From Phoronis australis (lineage: Eukaryota > Animalia > Phoronida), in NCBI GenBank assembly GCA_002633005.1, contig NMRA01000024.1, forward strand, positions 1,066,551 to 1,130,550: a stretch of DNA of 64,000 bases, read 5' to 3'. Shown here piece by piece: positions 25,144 to 39,400 of the stretch. Below the pieces are notes generated by a model, which ran no database searches, was not told the DNA's origin, and saw only the letters and a program-made list of their open reading frames with translations. Positions within the stretch are counted from its first letter, which is position 1; each line of letters starts with the position of its first letter. A program made the position numbers and the translations under genes.

Positions 25144-26504
25144 CTGGTCAAATCTATTCATTAAGCCAAATAACTACAAACTACAGAGTTTCGTAAAATA
25201 CAACATTGTAGAATTGAATTGTTTACTTTAAACCAGTCAGCCAGTAATTGGGTCACGTGACTATGTACATTTAGTAAAAAAGAAGCGGTGCAGTCATAGC
25301 AACACAATGGTAGCAATAACACGATCAGTGTTCATTTGACGTTAACGGAATCTTGGACACTCTGGTATACCTTCGCTTTCATCTGTTTATTTTTTTTTTG
25401 ATAAACATCATAAAAGTGCTATTTCTTTTAGCCCCTCATGCAAATGTGGAATATAATAAAAGCAATTCCTAACAATGTTTTGGAGAACAATGCATAAAGC
25501 ACAGTATCTGAGAGTTTCATGTCGTCTTCTTCTTCTTCTTCTTGTCCTTCTTAAAGTTTCGTATGAATCCATCTTTTTTACACAATCTTCAGTGGAATGT
25601 TTGCTGTTGAGAAAAATGGTGGATGTGTCCCGAATGCAAGATTTAAAATATGTTATTATTTACCTGTGTTGATATGCAGTAGTCAAACTAGTCTATATAA
25701 TGCATTGGAATGGTGTGTTTTATTTTGTCAGGTTGTCGCCTATCACCAGTGAAGTGTAGTTCCCTTATGGTGTTCTATGTGGGTGCCGTGCTGTTGCACT
25801 CAGAAAGAACACTCCATGCTGGTTCATGCTGGCTCTTTGACGTACTTGAAGGATTGTTTTCCATTTTTATTTCTTATTTATTCTCCGGTTTAAGATCCGG
25901 TTTCTATGAAAGCAACACATTGCTGGTGGCTTTTTAAAATGTGATGCCTGAGTACTATTACTACAGAAAAATCTTCCCAATTTTGGACCAAAATTGTCCT
26001 CTTTTCTATTTCTTATGGGCTTTTGTTGCGAAGTCGCGTAATTCATCAAAGTATTGTATGGTCATAACTTTGGTTGTACACGGTAAAGCACCAGTAAGAT
26101 ATGGATTGTCTTTTTTCGTGAACCATCAAATGAAATTTTTGCTCTGCTTGTACATTGTGAAAATGACATTATTCACACTTGTGAATTGTGATTTCTGTGA
26201 AAGTGATTTCATGTTGCTGTGAATGGTGAAACGGTACGAATAAAATCTTCCCAATTTCAGAAAAACTAATTGCAAATTGCCTTTTTTCATTTTCCATGGC
26301 TTCTGACATTGTGTGCAACTTTTTCTTGTGGTAGCTATGGTACAGCCCTTGAACATGAAAAGCACTACGCAAGTTCCATATATTATCATCTCGGATAGTA
26401 AAATATGAATCACTTGTCTGCCACATTGTGTCCTTAACTGAGCTTTCACTGCATTTCTGTCATGCGGGAACAGCGACACGACCCTCCATATCCCATTCAC
26501 TGTA

Positions 26505-26831
26505 CAGTGGTGGATTTAGGGGGGGGGGGGGCAAGTGGGCCATGGCCCCTCCTAAAATTCTTCCAGATACCATTTGGCAGTTCGTTTGCGAATTGCTGAC
26601 TAGCACATGCGCGCCACCAGTGGGGCTCGAGGGTTGAATAAGCAATGCATAGGCCATGACCAAACCCCGTTTACTGTTTTCTTTTATTTTTTAGTCAAAA
26701 GGTCCACAAACCCCAAAATTCAAGACCCCTACATCCCTACATTTTAGGCTGGGCGAACGCATCTTCCGAAATTCTGATTATTCCTGTGCCCTGCCTCTCC
26801 CTTCCAACTCAAAATCCTGGATCCGCTCTTG
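26505..26831. mobile_element. hAT-like MITE (CAGTGGTGGAT...ATCCGCTCTTG) with a nested second MITE at ~26606-26763
   Basis: Termini resemble CAGTGGCGGAT/ATCCGCCACTG with a G-run. Internal catgcgcgccaccag...aaaaggtccaca...ttttaggctgggcgaacgcat matches the 43125-43391 element. No TSD recognised. Confidence 0.6.
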
Positions 26832-26857
26832 CTATAGGCACACAAATTAGCCTACAA

Positions 26858-27046
26858 TAGACCCTATTCACGCAGTCGCCATTTTAAAAAAGCCTCTTTT
26901 TAGGTTTAAAAACATGCATTTGAGACATGAATAGAATGAGACACCTGGAAAATTTTGTTTCTTACTGTGATTAGGTGCAGAATGCATTGCATTTAAAACC
27001 TAAAAGAAGGCTCTTTTTAATATGGCAACTGCATGAATAAGGTGTA
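26858..27046. mobile_element. ~190-bp palindromic MITE with TAGACC-type termini (possibly Academ-like)
   Basis: tagaccctattcacgcagtcgccattttaaaaaagcctctttttaggttt pairs with aaacctaaaagaaggctctttttaatatggcaactgcatgaataaggtgta. Confidence 0.75.
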
Positions 27047-30000
27047 TAACGGTATGATGCCGATAAAGCTGAAGGAACTGTTGCACATCGTGCTGAACTG
27101 TGGGTGTAACCACCTGCTAACACCAATAGGGTTTGCAGTCATTCTTCACTAATCTAACTCACAAAATGGCCGACAATTGAAATTCTTTTTGATCAAATTT
27201 CTCCACTAAGGAAAAGATTAATGACATTTCAGGGAATTATCAGCATGGTTAGTGTATAGATGCTACAAAACAACATTTGGTAAAGTTTCTGTTATTGGCA
27301 ACAAGTTAATGAGTCTTAGGAAACTAAAAACTTGACTGTTTTGGGAATTATTGTGTGCAAAATATGTGGAGAATCACTGTGCTATGACCGTGGCTTAAGA
27401 TGAGATGTCCTTTTGTTGTCTACTCACTAGTAAACCTCTGCTATTTGGGAAGTAGTGGCCGTAAAAGTTTAACGTTATTTTTCCACGATGCAACTGGTCT
27501 CTTCCCACGATAACAGCGTGTTTGGAGTCCAAAAAGAACTGATAAGAGTGTTATCGTCACCGGCGATCAAATTTTCAAAGTTTAATCCTCTGCCTTGTGC
27601 TCAGGGGGTGGAAAAGACTACGTTACATCAGCCCCAAATTCCAGCTGTTTTTGCCCACTATGCTTCAGTCTGTATCCATGGTCCTCAGACATGGAGTTTG
27701 GTCATTCAGTATATAGTATCTTAAGTGCGTGTGGAGTTTTGGGGTGCGGGTATGCAATTAGGATCGCGGGTTTGGTGTGTCTGGTTTGGTAGGGAAGTCT
27801 AGGGGAGCGAACTTGGAGTTTAGAGGTGCAGCCATGGAATTTTCACTCCCTGGTGCTAGGGAGTGGGGAGAAAGGCTATCATTGTCCAGTCAAGGATTTG
27901 TTTGGTAAGGCTAGTATCTTGTGAATTCAGCAAAGCGATGCAAGTCTCTGCAAGATAGAGCCATGGATTGTAAAAGGTTTGTTTGATTACACTCATCTTC
28001 ATGCGTTATTGAACACGTCTCAGGTCTAACTTTGGTAATTTCTAGGTTACGTGTATAGGTTTAAAGCTGTCCTTTCTGCTTTAACTTCTGTTTTCATGGC
28101 GAAACTCTGTGACACCGTTTCACATTTGTGCAGTCTAAACCTTGAATGTTATGCCTTTTAAAACCTTTTTATGTGGCCATCACAGTCACTGGTAGTTTAG
28201 CTGTTGATTTTCCATTTTAACAAAAGGTGGCACTGCCTGAAAAGGCTGAACTAAGAAGGGTGCTTTTTGCAACAAAGGCATACCAGGTAGCACTTGTGCA
28301 AAACAATATCCAAAGTTTTTTTAGTGCTTTCTTTGACCACAGCAATACAAAAATGGCAAGAAGTAGCCGTTTCGGGGAAAAGGCATCGCTGGGGGTGAAT
28401 GTCCGAAGTGGAACAGAGAAGCATGTAGAAATTAATTAATAACCCATTGAAGAGAATGTAAATGAACTTTGTATGCGACTAGGCTGACCTTGGCAATATT
28501 TTTCGGTGAAATAAACTTAAGCAATCATTAGAATTTTAAAACCTATAAGAAAAACTCTTCATTCCTTATGAAACCAATGTGTAAACGGTCTCTGTGACAA
28601 TAGATGATGACTAAGCTGTATGGTCGCCAAAAATATATGCTTGTAACAAGAGCTTATGCAAGGAGCTAGATTTTTTCCAATAACTGTTCTTTATTAAAAT
28701 GTGTTTTTTGTGGTTTAATTTTGTTTTGAAGTGACTGAAGTGTCATAAACATGTTCAGGTGACCGGTTAAAAAGGTGATAAAGATAACGCTGCTACAAAT
28801 CAGGGTGTTAGAGTCTTAACATATTTTAAGTCATGATTTCTGAGTGATTGTCACCTGTTAAGCGATAGAGCAACTGATAAAAATGCTGTCAGCGTTTATT
28901 GCCAGGATAATAGTGTTTTTGTAAGTGTACAGCACGTGATTCGGGTTTTGTGGTTATGCAATATTTTTATCAGCGACTGTGTGTTTGAACAGAAACAACG
29001 TCACTGTAGCAGAATATAATTACTGTCAACTGGCAGTTTATCAATATGTGAACATGTATAATTGCGAAAAAGGTTTAACCAGTGTCGTATAAAACACCTA
29101 AAGTGGTTTTCAAGGTATTCCTGATTTAAGACGGCTGCAGGTATTGTGAAAGTGTATTGAAAAGTAAAATCTTATTGATTTTAAATTTCCCTTATTCTCT
29201 TCAATATATTTTTAGCGTACTTCTCCATGAAGTGTGAATTTTGATTTCCCAGTCTGACTCATGATATATTACTCCATTTGAAAATTTTGCCACTGTTTTA
29301 AACATCCAATTGAAAGGGCTTAATTGGGATTAAAGGTCTTTCATTTTTGACGATGAGTAAAAGATTTACTGTTTTGGGCTGATGTAACAATGGCAGTCTT
29401 AACCAACTTTGCTGCCCTCTAGGGGCAGAGCGCAAACTTGCCTTTGGTATCTCTGTTGTATAGTGTTGATTTTTGAAAGTACAAATAAAAATTGTGTCAT
29501 TTTACATTGGCACATTTTGCCTAGTACATTGGATCAAATAGATTGGTTGTCCTTATTGTCATGGTTGTCTTGTGAGATTAAATCCTAGTGCATTCTAATG
29601 GACCATGAAAATTTGTTGATATCCCATCTGCACTTTGGTCTTTATCTACCATAACCAGGTGAATATACCTGACCACAAAAGAGCCAAACCCTTTGTTTGC
29701 CAATTCCAATAAGGGCTGCTTCTCTTACAAAAGTGCAAACCAGTATTTTTATAGTATACATTGTGGGTTATGCAAGAGTTACATATGCTTGCTGCAACTA
29801 CAGTACAATGGGTTTATTGTTCCTGTAGGCTTATAGTCAACTGTCCTTGTTTCCAGGGGATCAATGAATTCCACCTCTTTGTCATTCCAGTGATTATTTT
29901 AAGAGGTTGTTTTGACAATTCACATGGCAAGCTGTCTAGAATACCATTTAGAAACCACAATAGGGGTTCACAAGAATAGCTTTCCTATGCAATATTAATG

Positions 30001-30345
30001 TTATTGACAGTTGATTGAAATTTTGACCAAAACAGTAGTCTGCTAGCACATCAAAGATGGCAATTTGTCTCTGAAAGGAAACTGATAACTTAAACAAATA
30101 CGGTGTTGTAGTTTTGATAAATTAATGAAGAATAAAAGCGTTTTGGCATGATTTGTCTCTTATCCAGCACACCATACCCTAGAAAAGTCAAATGTCTTAA
30201 TAGTAAACATAAACTTCTACGACGTGCGTTGTTACTGTACTGTACACCATAGGTGTAACTAAACAGAATTTGGTAAAAATGGTGGATAACCTTCAACGCC
30301 ACCTACAGTTTCAGACGCTGTGAGCGGAGTGAGAATTTAAAGGAA

Positions 30346-30346
<1 letters not shown>

Positions 30347-30400
<54 letters not shown>

Positions 30401-30460
30401 GTGATATTTAAAATGAGGATGGCCTCTTCAGTGATAGCACTGCTTTCCAAGAGGGCCTTC
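30347..30460 (-). mobile_element. 3' end of a CR1/L2-group LINE (stem-loop plus (AAT)n tail)
   Basis: Minus strand reads ggccctcttggaaagcagtgctatcactgaagaggcc (hairpin), ~20 nt, then about 18 AAT units (30347-30400). Confidence 0.6.
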
Positions 30461-33400
30461 AACAAGAAAAACAGTAATATAATACAATGAAGTAATAAAT
30501 ATTTATCATTTTGACAGACAAAAATGCACCGTTGGATGGGATAGAGTTTTTGAAGTTATTAGCTTTGACCAGAGCTGTAAAAGAACAAAAATCGTTAGGT
30601 TTTTGTGATTTTGTAATACAGATCTCATCAATTCTCTCTCATGTCTGCCCAACATCCGCTGAGATCAAAGCAGGTGACTTTACTTTGAGATGTAACTCAT
30701 CAGTAGAGCGTTTGGCTGTAAATGCAGTTTCTTGATTCAAATACGCAACAAGGCTGATTTCAGAAAATGTTTTTTCTCACTGATAATGCAACTTTTGGGA
30801 GGATTTCATGATTTTTTATGAATTCTTTTCCATCTTAATGTTGTGTTGTGGGATATGCTAATGATTCGTGCAAAGGTGTAATGTCACAATGTGTTGTGTG
30901 TGAAAGAATTTGCGTTTTGCCTTTTTGACTGCCATGCGTGCCAGATGTAACTTTGCTGCCAAGTTCCATTCAATACAATTGCACAATTGCTGTCATCTCA
31001 AAACTGCCGGTACAGTTTTCACAATCATCATCACTTTTCGCTTCATACAAATCTTAAATTTGTTTCATGAAAATCATACTAAGTCCCATTTCTGGTAGCC
31101 CCTCATGCAAAAGTACATTATTTCTAGGATAATACCCTATCAGTGTTTTTGAGAACAGTGCAAAAAGCGTAGTATCTTAAAGATTATGAAATTCCGATCA
31201 GCCATGTCTGCGATATGATGCTCTGACGCTTTCTAGTCCTGCGTAATCTTAGCACTCTTTCAGCTGTGAAGTCATTAGTGGAGGCTCTCCGCCAAATTCC
31301 CCTCGGTGAAAAAATACCAAGTTTCTTTCCTGTTTGTGTTGCGTAATTCTTGCAGCAGTGTGAAAGAAATTGAAGTCTCTGATCCAACTGCCACAATGAC
31401 TCAGCCATCACTAATATGGCTTTTGAGTCACTGCTCCTGCTTTATCACCTAACAAGAACTGCCCTCTTCAGATCCTAGCTTGCCACAAAAGAGGCTTCTA
31501 CCGATTTTTTCCCAGCAAAACCACTTCTCCCTAGAATTACGTAATCTCATGCAACTTGGTTTATTTCTGGCAAATATTGACATACACTAACATCTGGGGA
31601 TTTTTAACTGAAGTCCTGACATTTTTTCAATGTGGTTAATGGTGTTGATTCAGAGGCTTAATCAAGTCACTATTACATAATATTGCCTCAGCTTAATCAG
31701 TCGTAAAACTCCATCAAGTACATATTTTATCAGCCCACAAAGGTCAGTCAGTCAAGGTCCATTGTCCTTGGCAGAAGGGAGCTGGACATTTTTGGGTTTT
31801 GGGTGAGTTTTTGTCCACTCGACCATGGTTTGTGATGGCTTGAGTGAATGGAAGTGACCACTAATAAGGTTTCTGGAATCATTAATTACCTGTCTCAAGG
31901 AAGAGTGAATAATGTAGTTTTTCTGCATGGATGATTCGTGAAACAGAACGCGCGGATATTCCACATTTTCGGTGGAGATTGGGATCATTTTTCCGAACTG
32001 TTAACAACCGTGTATCTGGTTTACACCAAATGTGATGTATTACGCTATTGCTTTTGAGTTTGGATTCCATTGCTTGCGTTTTGATATTTGATAGGCAGCA
32101 AATCCATTTTTGTTACCAGAGTATTTTACTTGTAATACACTCAAAATGCATTGAATTTCTAAAGGTCACACCATATCTCTATTCAATATTTTGAATCCGT
32201 TTTTTGTTACAAATTCTATGGTTTCACGTCGCTGTTAAATTTAAGCTAATTTCCAATACTTCGTCAAATTATATTTTGCATTTTGGTTTAGCTGATACTT
32301 GGGGCCCACAGCTTAGTGTTTCATTTCTTTTTTCTTTAGTTCTTTTCAACATTCTAATGAGAAACTACGTTGGTGAAGTTAGAGCATGCCAAAAATTTTG
32401 ACAGTGTATACCATCTTTGGTACCTAGTCATTTGGGCTTGACATCTGTTTCTCATTTCTCTAGATTGCACCTAAAAACATAGGGTCGGCTGTTGGTAAGA
32501 CGCCAAATGTTTCCCTTGAAATAGTGCTGTATTCTGCAAACCAGATATCAGTCTTTTGCTGAGTGTGAATGGTCTGAGGGTTTTTTTTATTGGAAAGTCA
32601 GTTTTAAGCCGACTGCTGGCCCTCTGATTTTTTATCGCTGCTGTGAAAATGCACCACAGTCTGTTTTACAGTGAACTTTATGTAAAGGGACACAATTCAT
32701 TTTTGTGTCAAAAACGCATTTTTGGGTCTTTCCTTGAGTAGGATAGAATTCTTGAAGTTATTAGTTTTGACCAGAGTTATAAAAGGACAATTTGTTGTTT
32801 TTGTGGTTCTGTTAAAAATCACCGATTCTTGATGTTGACTTTCTGTCATTGAATAAGCTTGAGTCGAGACTGGTGTCTATCATTTACACACACTGGCTAC
32901 TTGTCACATCGTGGCTTTTACCTCTAATAGCAAAGCATGAAACTACCAGCTCTGCATGAAACTACCAGCTCTGAGGTATTGGGCTTAAAACCATCTTGGG
33001 GCTGATCTCGAATATGCATCACTGTCGCCAGCAATGGGACTTTATAAACCTTGGACAGAGAATTCGCTAGAATTGGTGTTTTTTTGAAGCACTACTTAAT
33101 TGCTGAAAAAGTCATTAAACATTAGATTACTACTTTACAGAATAAGCCACTATGACCTTGGAAAATTTACATTTGGAATACGGTAATTCTGTCATCTATT
33201 TAACCCAAAATAGGGCGGACTAGTGGAACTTTATTTTGTCAAATTTCTGAATAATTTTGTGCTTAGAAAATTTTAATCTATTATTAGCACGGTTTGTACT
33301 GTGTAGAGGTCAGAAAATTTCTACTGTTTGCAGTAACAGTAATCAACCCTTGAAAAATGGAAAAACATGACTATTACAGCAACATTTTCGTGTGAAATAA

Positions 33401-36400
33401 GTAAAGAATTACCTCGTTTGATTTGGTGTTGAAGTTTCGTCGCAAATTCTCGTCGTTCACTCCATTATATTCTCGTAAATTGAAGAGATTATTATAATTA
33501 CTACATTTATTTTTAACCGACTCTGACTATTGCATGGAAACTAATAACGAGTAGCCATTGATTAGCTACCCATATCAAAACCAGTTGCGCAACAATGCTG
33601 CTTAACTGTTTAATTATCTATTGAATGGTTGAGAAGCTTTAACAGGAATTGCCGTTTATGTGTCTTTGAATTTCGGGCCCTTGGTATTTTTCCAGTCATT
33701 GTTGGACTTTACATGGAAACCTAAACCCTGGTTCTGCGTCTTGAAGTTTTTTTTGCCAGTGGTGGTGGTGGGGGGGGGGGTGTTTTCGTTCTTGCACTTT
33801 TAAGGGTAAGTGTGTGAACAGAGAGGGCTGACACCAAACCCACGGTACAAAGTTCTTACGAGCATCCCTAATATCCACACATGCACTGAAAATAATCTAG
33901 TATCTGAGATCCAACTAACTCAACAACCCAAACAAGATTTCTCTTCAGCTCCCCTGGTTTGGGCCTAGAGTTTGGTACAGGGGAGTACTTTTCAAGGACC
34001 CAGGTATGGAATTTGTATCTCGGGTGTGGTGTTTGTTGGTCCTGGACTGGGCTTAGGGGACCAAATCTTTAATTTCGAGGCACAGCCCTGGTATGTGTGT
34101 TCCAAGATATATTGTAAAACCACTGCTCAGTTATGAGCTATTATTTTTTCAAATGTAAATGTTCAACAAAATAACTTTGATCCTAATATTTCCATGGCAA
34201 ATACTTCATGAAGTGTAGATGATAATTCTCAGACAACAACATCTGAAAGTCACGTTTTGTGGGATTTGTCTATTCTTTTCTTTATGTTTTCTTTCAAAAC
34301 AGTCCAATCAATATTTTAAACCATCATAAATGCAGTTGATAGATTTGATTGTGTTTCACCTCCATGAATACATCTATTGCTTTCATGGAAAAGCCAATTT
34401 AGAAAAATGCGAAATTTCTGAAGTCGGCATCAACATCATCAGTATTATAATAACCAGTTGACTTATTGATTCTCTGATAAATTATTCACTGTTTTTAATT
34501 TTCACTTGAGTATGGCATATCAAAAGCAGAGCCATAGAACATTAGGACCGTGCCTGCAAAAGCTTGATAACTATTAGAGTAGTCAATTACCAGTACCATC
34601 AGTCCTATCATTTTAAATTATGAGTGTGCATGCAATAAGGACGTTTTATTGCTAATTGTAATATGAAATGAAGTGTTTGATACTGGTTGTAATCTTGATG
34701 TAGTCCCAGCATTCCTGGCAGAACACGCCTTAAGAAAGGCGATTAAGATAAAGTGAAAAAGAATAAAACTTTCCTGACCATCTTATTGCTTAATGATTAC
34801 CCTGTTTAGCAATTCTGTCTGTCAAATCTTAGTCCTAAAAGATGTTCTTTCAAAACAAATTCTTTAAAGAATGGTGCGATTTTTTAATTTATGTTTTTTT
34901 TTCTGGTGGTGTACGTTGGACATAAATGTCAAACTCGGTTGACAGAAACTTCACTTTTTCAATTGACACTTGAAACCAAGAATACAAGTCGAGACGAGAC
35001 GTAATTTAGGTGCAGGAAATGTTTACGTTTTGATAAATTGTGTGGTCTTCAATTTTTTAAATTGATTTGATGTTATAAATCTGGTGAGAATAAAGAAAAA
35101 ATTAACTGTGCTGAAGTTAGGGTCCAAATTCAGTCATTTAAAGTGCGGTAGGCTTTTTTGTGTGACCTGAATTTCACCTTTTTGTTGGGACAAATGTATG
35201 TCAGAGCAGATGGAGTTATGTGCTGGGAATGCAAGTGATCTCAGCTCGTGGCTCATGTCTGCAGCAAATTGATCTGCTAGGATTTTGCTTCACGAGACGA
35301 TGAAGCAAATGTCTCACTTGTTTCGTTTCTTCTACCTGGTGAGCATAAATACGCACAGCGTGGGGATGAGGTGAGTTAACCTCAATTTCCTTCAGTAGCC
35401 AATAAAAAGTAATTATTGGATCACCTGACCCACAGCAAATCTCTCTCGTCTCATTGTAATCATGTTTTGGCTCATGGTTTAGGTCGGTATATTCTGCCCC
35501 GCTGTGCCCGCTATCAATGAGTTTCATTTGAGGCACCCAGCTCAGCTCCTAGCCATTTGTCTGCAGTGTCTCTAATTAACATTGCAGGTTAGGGTAGGGG
35601 CCCTTGGGCGGCTGTAGGAGTCTTTGTTCATTAAAAACATCCTGTCTCATCTCAGCTGAAGGCTTTGTCTGAAGCCAGCTCTGCTGAGTTATGTAAGGTT
35701 ATGGAAGAAAGGTGATGCTGTGGACAAGAATAACATACAGCCTTGCTTGAAAAACAGCTCATCAAGTGACTGGGGTGTAAAGAAAACAATCTGTGCCTCC
35801 TATAGGTTTTTATTAGCTGTTTGCGTGGTGAAAATAATTATTCCGTTTCTTGGCAGCTACAGTCCAAAGACATTTTGTATTTATTTGTACCAGCTGCGTT
35901 AATCCATTCATTTTTTGAAACAGCTTGTCAAATTGAAGAAATTCTGTTAATTTTGCTTTCTAGTTGAAGTTTTCGTCGTTTGTCTTTTTTGTTGAGCAAA
36001 CTGGTCAGTAATATGAGGCGCGATTCATAGGTCATCTTGTTCTGTGAGTTTCGAAACAATGTTCATGCTGTGTTAATATCTTTATTGTGAAGACCTGTTT
36101 ATTTCACCTTTGGTGTTTTCTGGAATTGTGTAACATGTTTGTGCATGCGTGTAAACTCTCAGCTGTTTGGGTTCACAACTTATCATGCATAGGATAAGAA
36201 CATGAAACGCAACGCAACGGTGTGTGGTTAAACAAATGTAAATGATACAGCAAAGATTTTACAACTCCCTGCAAAAATTGTTGCGTTACGTATGTTTTAC
36301 GAAAAGAGGATATATTATATAATTTCCCATGCTTTGTCCTAAAAATGGTTAAATGCCACTGTAGGTCTCTTGTAATGAGTATCTTATCATTAACACTGTG

Positions 36401-39400
36401 GTGACCATGTGTGTCAAAATACTCCCTGTTCGGCATCTATCTATCAGCTGGATCTTGTTTTGTGCATGTAATGTCAAGATGACGGTCATACCAGACAGTA
36501 CACAACTTATTGGGCCATGCCAATGAACAAACCTTCCTAATACCTGTTTACAGTGATTTCATCTCAGGCTTCATCTGTGGCAGAGGTGAAGACAATTTCA
36601 GAAAAAAAACAGTCTGCACATTTAACCCATTTGTTCACTTTTGAGCTTTTATCCTTTACAATAAGGCTTGATTGGTGATTCTTGTCATTTTGGTTTTGCT
36701 CATTTAGTGCAGGTAAATTGGCTTAGATTCTCTTATAAAGAAAACGATTCTTGCCATGTGGTGTATTTTTTCATTGTTGGGCACCAATTAGATTTAATGG
36801 TGCTCTGTGGTCCTTAATTTAACTTGTCAATTTGTTAATTACTTTGACATTAGGTTAGGTAAATACAATCAAAGTTGGTTAAATAATTTCCTCTCTCCTA
36901 ATATGATCTAATATTATGTGGAGAGTGTTCTGTCATAGTTGTGTGGCTGAAAACCAATATGCGAAAAGGCCAGTATCGTGATTCAGCAAGATTTTTTTTG
37001 GAGAAGGGTTTTTGAATCTTGGCTACTGCTTAAGTGACCCATTCTACACCTTCCAGTTGTGTGGCTTGGTATTGAACTATTTTCAGATTTCAATACCTCT
37101 TTGTTTGAACCTTGTTGTGCCAGTCTGTATGAATGTTTTGTCAGGCGGACTTTTTCTTGTGAGTAGCTTTTGAGCACCTCCAGACACCCGGCTCCATATT
37201 ATGTAACTTTATGTTTGGAAAACATCCAAATAAAAATGTGAAGCCCTTTATGGACTGCTGTCATAAAAACGCACTCAACAACATCTTAACAGGGCTGGGA
37301 GTTACGTTGTGTTCACCTATTATTTGTGGCTATTTGAATAAGCTTTAGTTCCCAATATCATGTTTTGTGTGTGGTGTGTGTGTGTGTTTTGTGTGAAACA
37401 AAATAATTCTATTGATTGCGAGGATGGCTAAATTTACTGGACTTGTTTGTGACACCGGAATGTTTGTATTTTAAGCATTTTGATTTTTATTCTCGACTCC
37501 GTTTCTGCTAAGTTGGACGTGCTTCCTGATGGTCATGGCAGATATAAAAACTAAAAGGTTTTGGTTTTTGCAGCAATCATTCTTTTGACAAATCTGCATG
37601 TATTTAGAGCACACTGTGGTTGACAAGTGAAATTCTATTTTGCAAAATGTCTCCACAAAGTAAAGATTAAGAAAATTTTAATCTATTTGGTTTGCAAATG
37701 TGTAGATGTCATAAAACAACTTTTTGAGAATTTTCCATTTTTTGCTATAATCAGCCTTTGAAAAAGGGTAAAATGATAATTTTGGCGATTATTTTTTCCA
37801 AACTACGAGTAGAATTCTGTGCCATCATGTAATTATCCCGAATTTCTATTTTTGGAACTGTTCAAGTTTTTACCAAAACACTTCCAAATCCAGAAACTGA
37901 CTATCTTACTTGGGATGCAGTAGAGCTTAAAGTTTGCTAACTGCATGGTTTGCTGCCAATTTCGTTCTTCATCCGTTGCTTGATTTACGTAAGACATGAA
38001 ATTGTTTCATTTGTGCATGCGCTTCAAGTCTAAATAACCAATCTAATTTCTGCTGTCATATTCAGGCCCTAATTGGTGTCTTGCTGCCTGTTTTTACCCA
38101 GCGCGTATTAGTAATCCCCTATACTTTGTTGATTTAATAGCACACTCTTTGTCTCGAGATATTGATCTGCTCGTCATTGTATCGAGCGTTTTTATCAATT
38201 TTTTGTCAGACGTTACGTAACACACATCCACCTGTGTTTTACATTCACAAAGCGAATCGCGCTGCCTCTCAGTGAGTTGCGTCATTTTGTTCACCACTAT
38301 TTCCACTCCTGTTCCAGTTAATTAGTGGTAAACAATACATGGAATTGCAGGCTGCACAAGTCTTTTTTCCCTTATACAACCTATGCACTTACAGTATTGA
38401 CGATTCCCAGAAGGGTCTTTGTCCAGTGTTTTAAGGCTTTGTCCGCCGGTTGACGTATGTATTTGAATTAAATTGAGAATATTGTAAAACTTTTTAATGT
38501 GGAAGTAATTGGCGGCCTCAGTATTACCATAGAGTAGCCTAGAGCATTTTCGTCTGGTCTTTAAGCTTCTCATCTGCGATACACTGTATGGCAACGGGAA
38601 GTGTTACAAAGAGCAATTTTGCGCTGTAGATTGTTTAATAAAGAGTTTCCAAAGCTGTGAAATACTCTTGTCAGAAAATAACTTGTATGTTTTTGTTTAG
38701 TGAAAATATAAATTCTTCATGCAAATATCAAAATTTTGTTGATGTTCCTGGTTTTTGCATCTTTTCAATAATTATGATCAGCCTAGACAGTATGAGATTA
38801 AAAATGGGAATGCGAATAGCTGGCTTGGTGTGTAGCCGCAAGGACTGAATGCTGTAACTCTTCACCAATTTGGCATGCAATGTGGTAGAAATGTGAAATT
38901 TAGTTTGTCATTTGTCGTGACAGAACAAAATATAATAACAAAATATAATAACAAAATTGCACTGCATTGTTAGTGTTATGGTGAGTAACTGCACAGCTGT
39001 CACAAAACATTACTTGTAAAGTTTTAGTTACATTTAGCTATTGACAATTAGGTTCAGTAAAATTTTTACCAATTTAGGAAACCATACGACAAACAAGTGA
39101 AACGTTATTTTCACATTTATTTGGAAAAGATCTTTTCATCCATCGAATTAAATGCTTTGTCATTCTAAAGTTTTATAACAGTTGTTGTCAGACAAATAAT
39201 AAAAAAGTGCAGGTATTTACGTTGATGTCAGAACCATTTCAAAAAATGAAAAGAGTCAAGTTGGCAATTATTTGTGTCCAAAATTAACGAGATTTTTGTG
39301 AAAGATTTTTATGCAAAAATTTTTGTCTAGAATGATAAGAGTTATTATCTAGACATTAACAGGGTACAACAATTAGGCCAACGCAATGTTAATGAAATAA

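Noticed and set aside
26169-26426. Peptide similarity VQGLYHS shared with ORF 42259-42474
   Set aside because: Both lie in copies of the same non-coding dispersed repeat; no domain or exon signals.
32934-32973. Short exact tandem duplications (19 bp here; 16 bp at ~40091-40122; 13 bp at ~38926-38957)
   Set aside because: Ordinary slippage duplications with no further structure.
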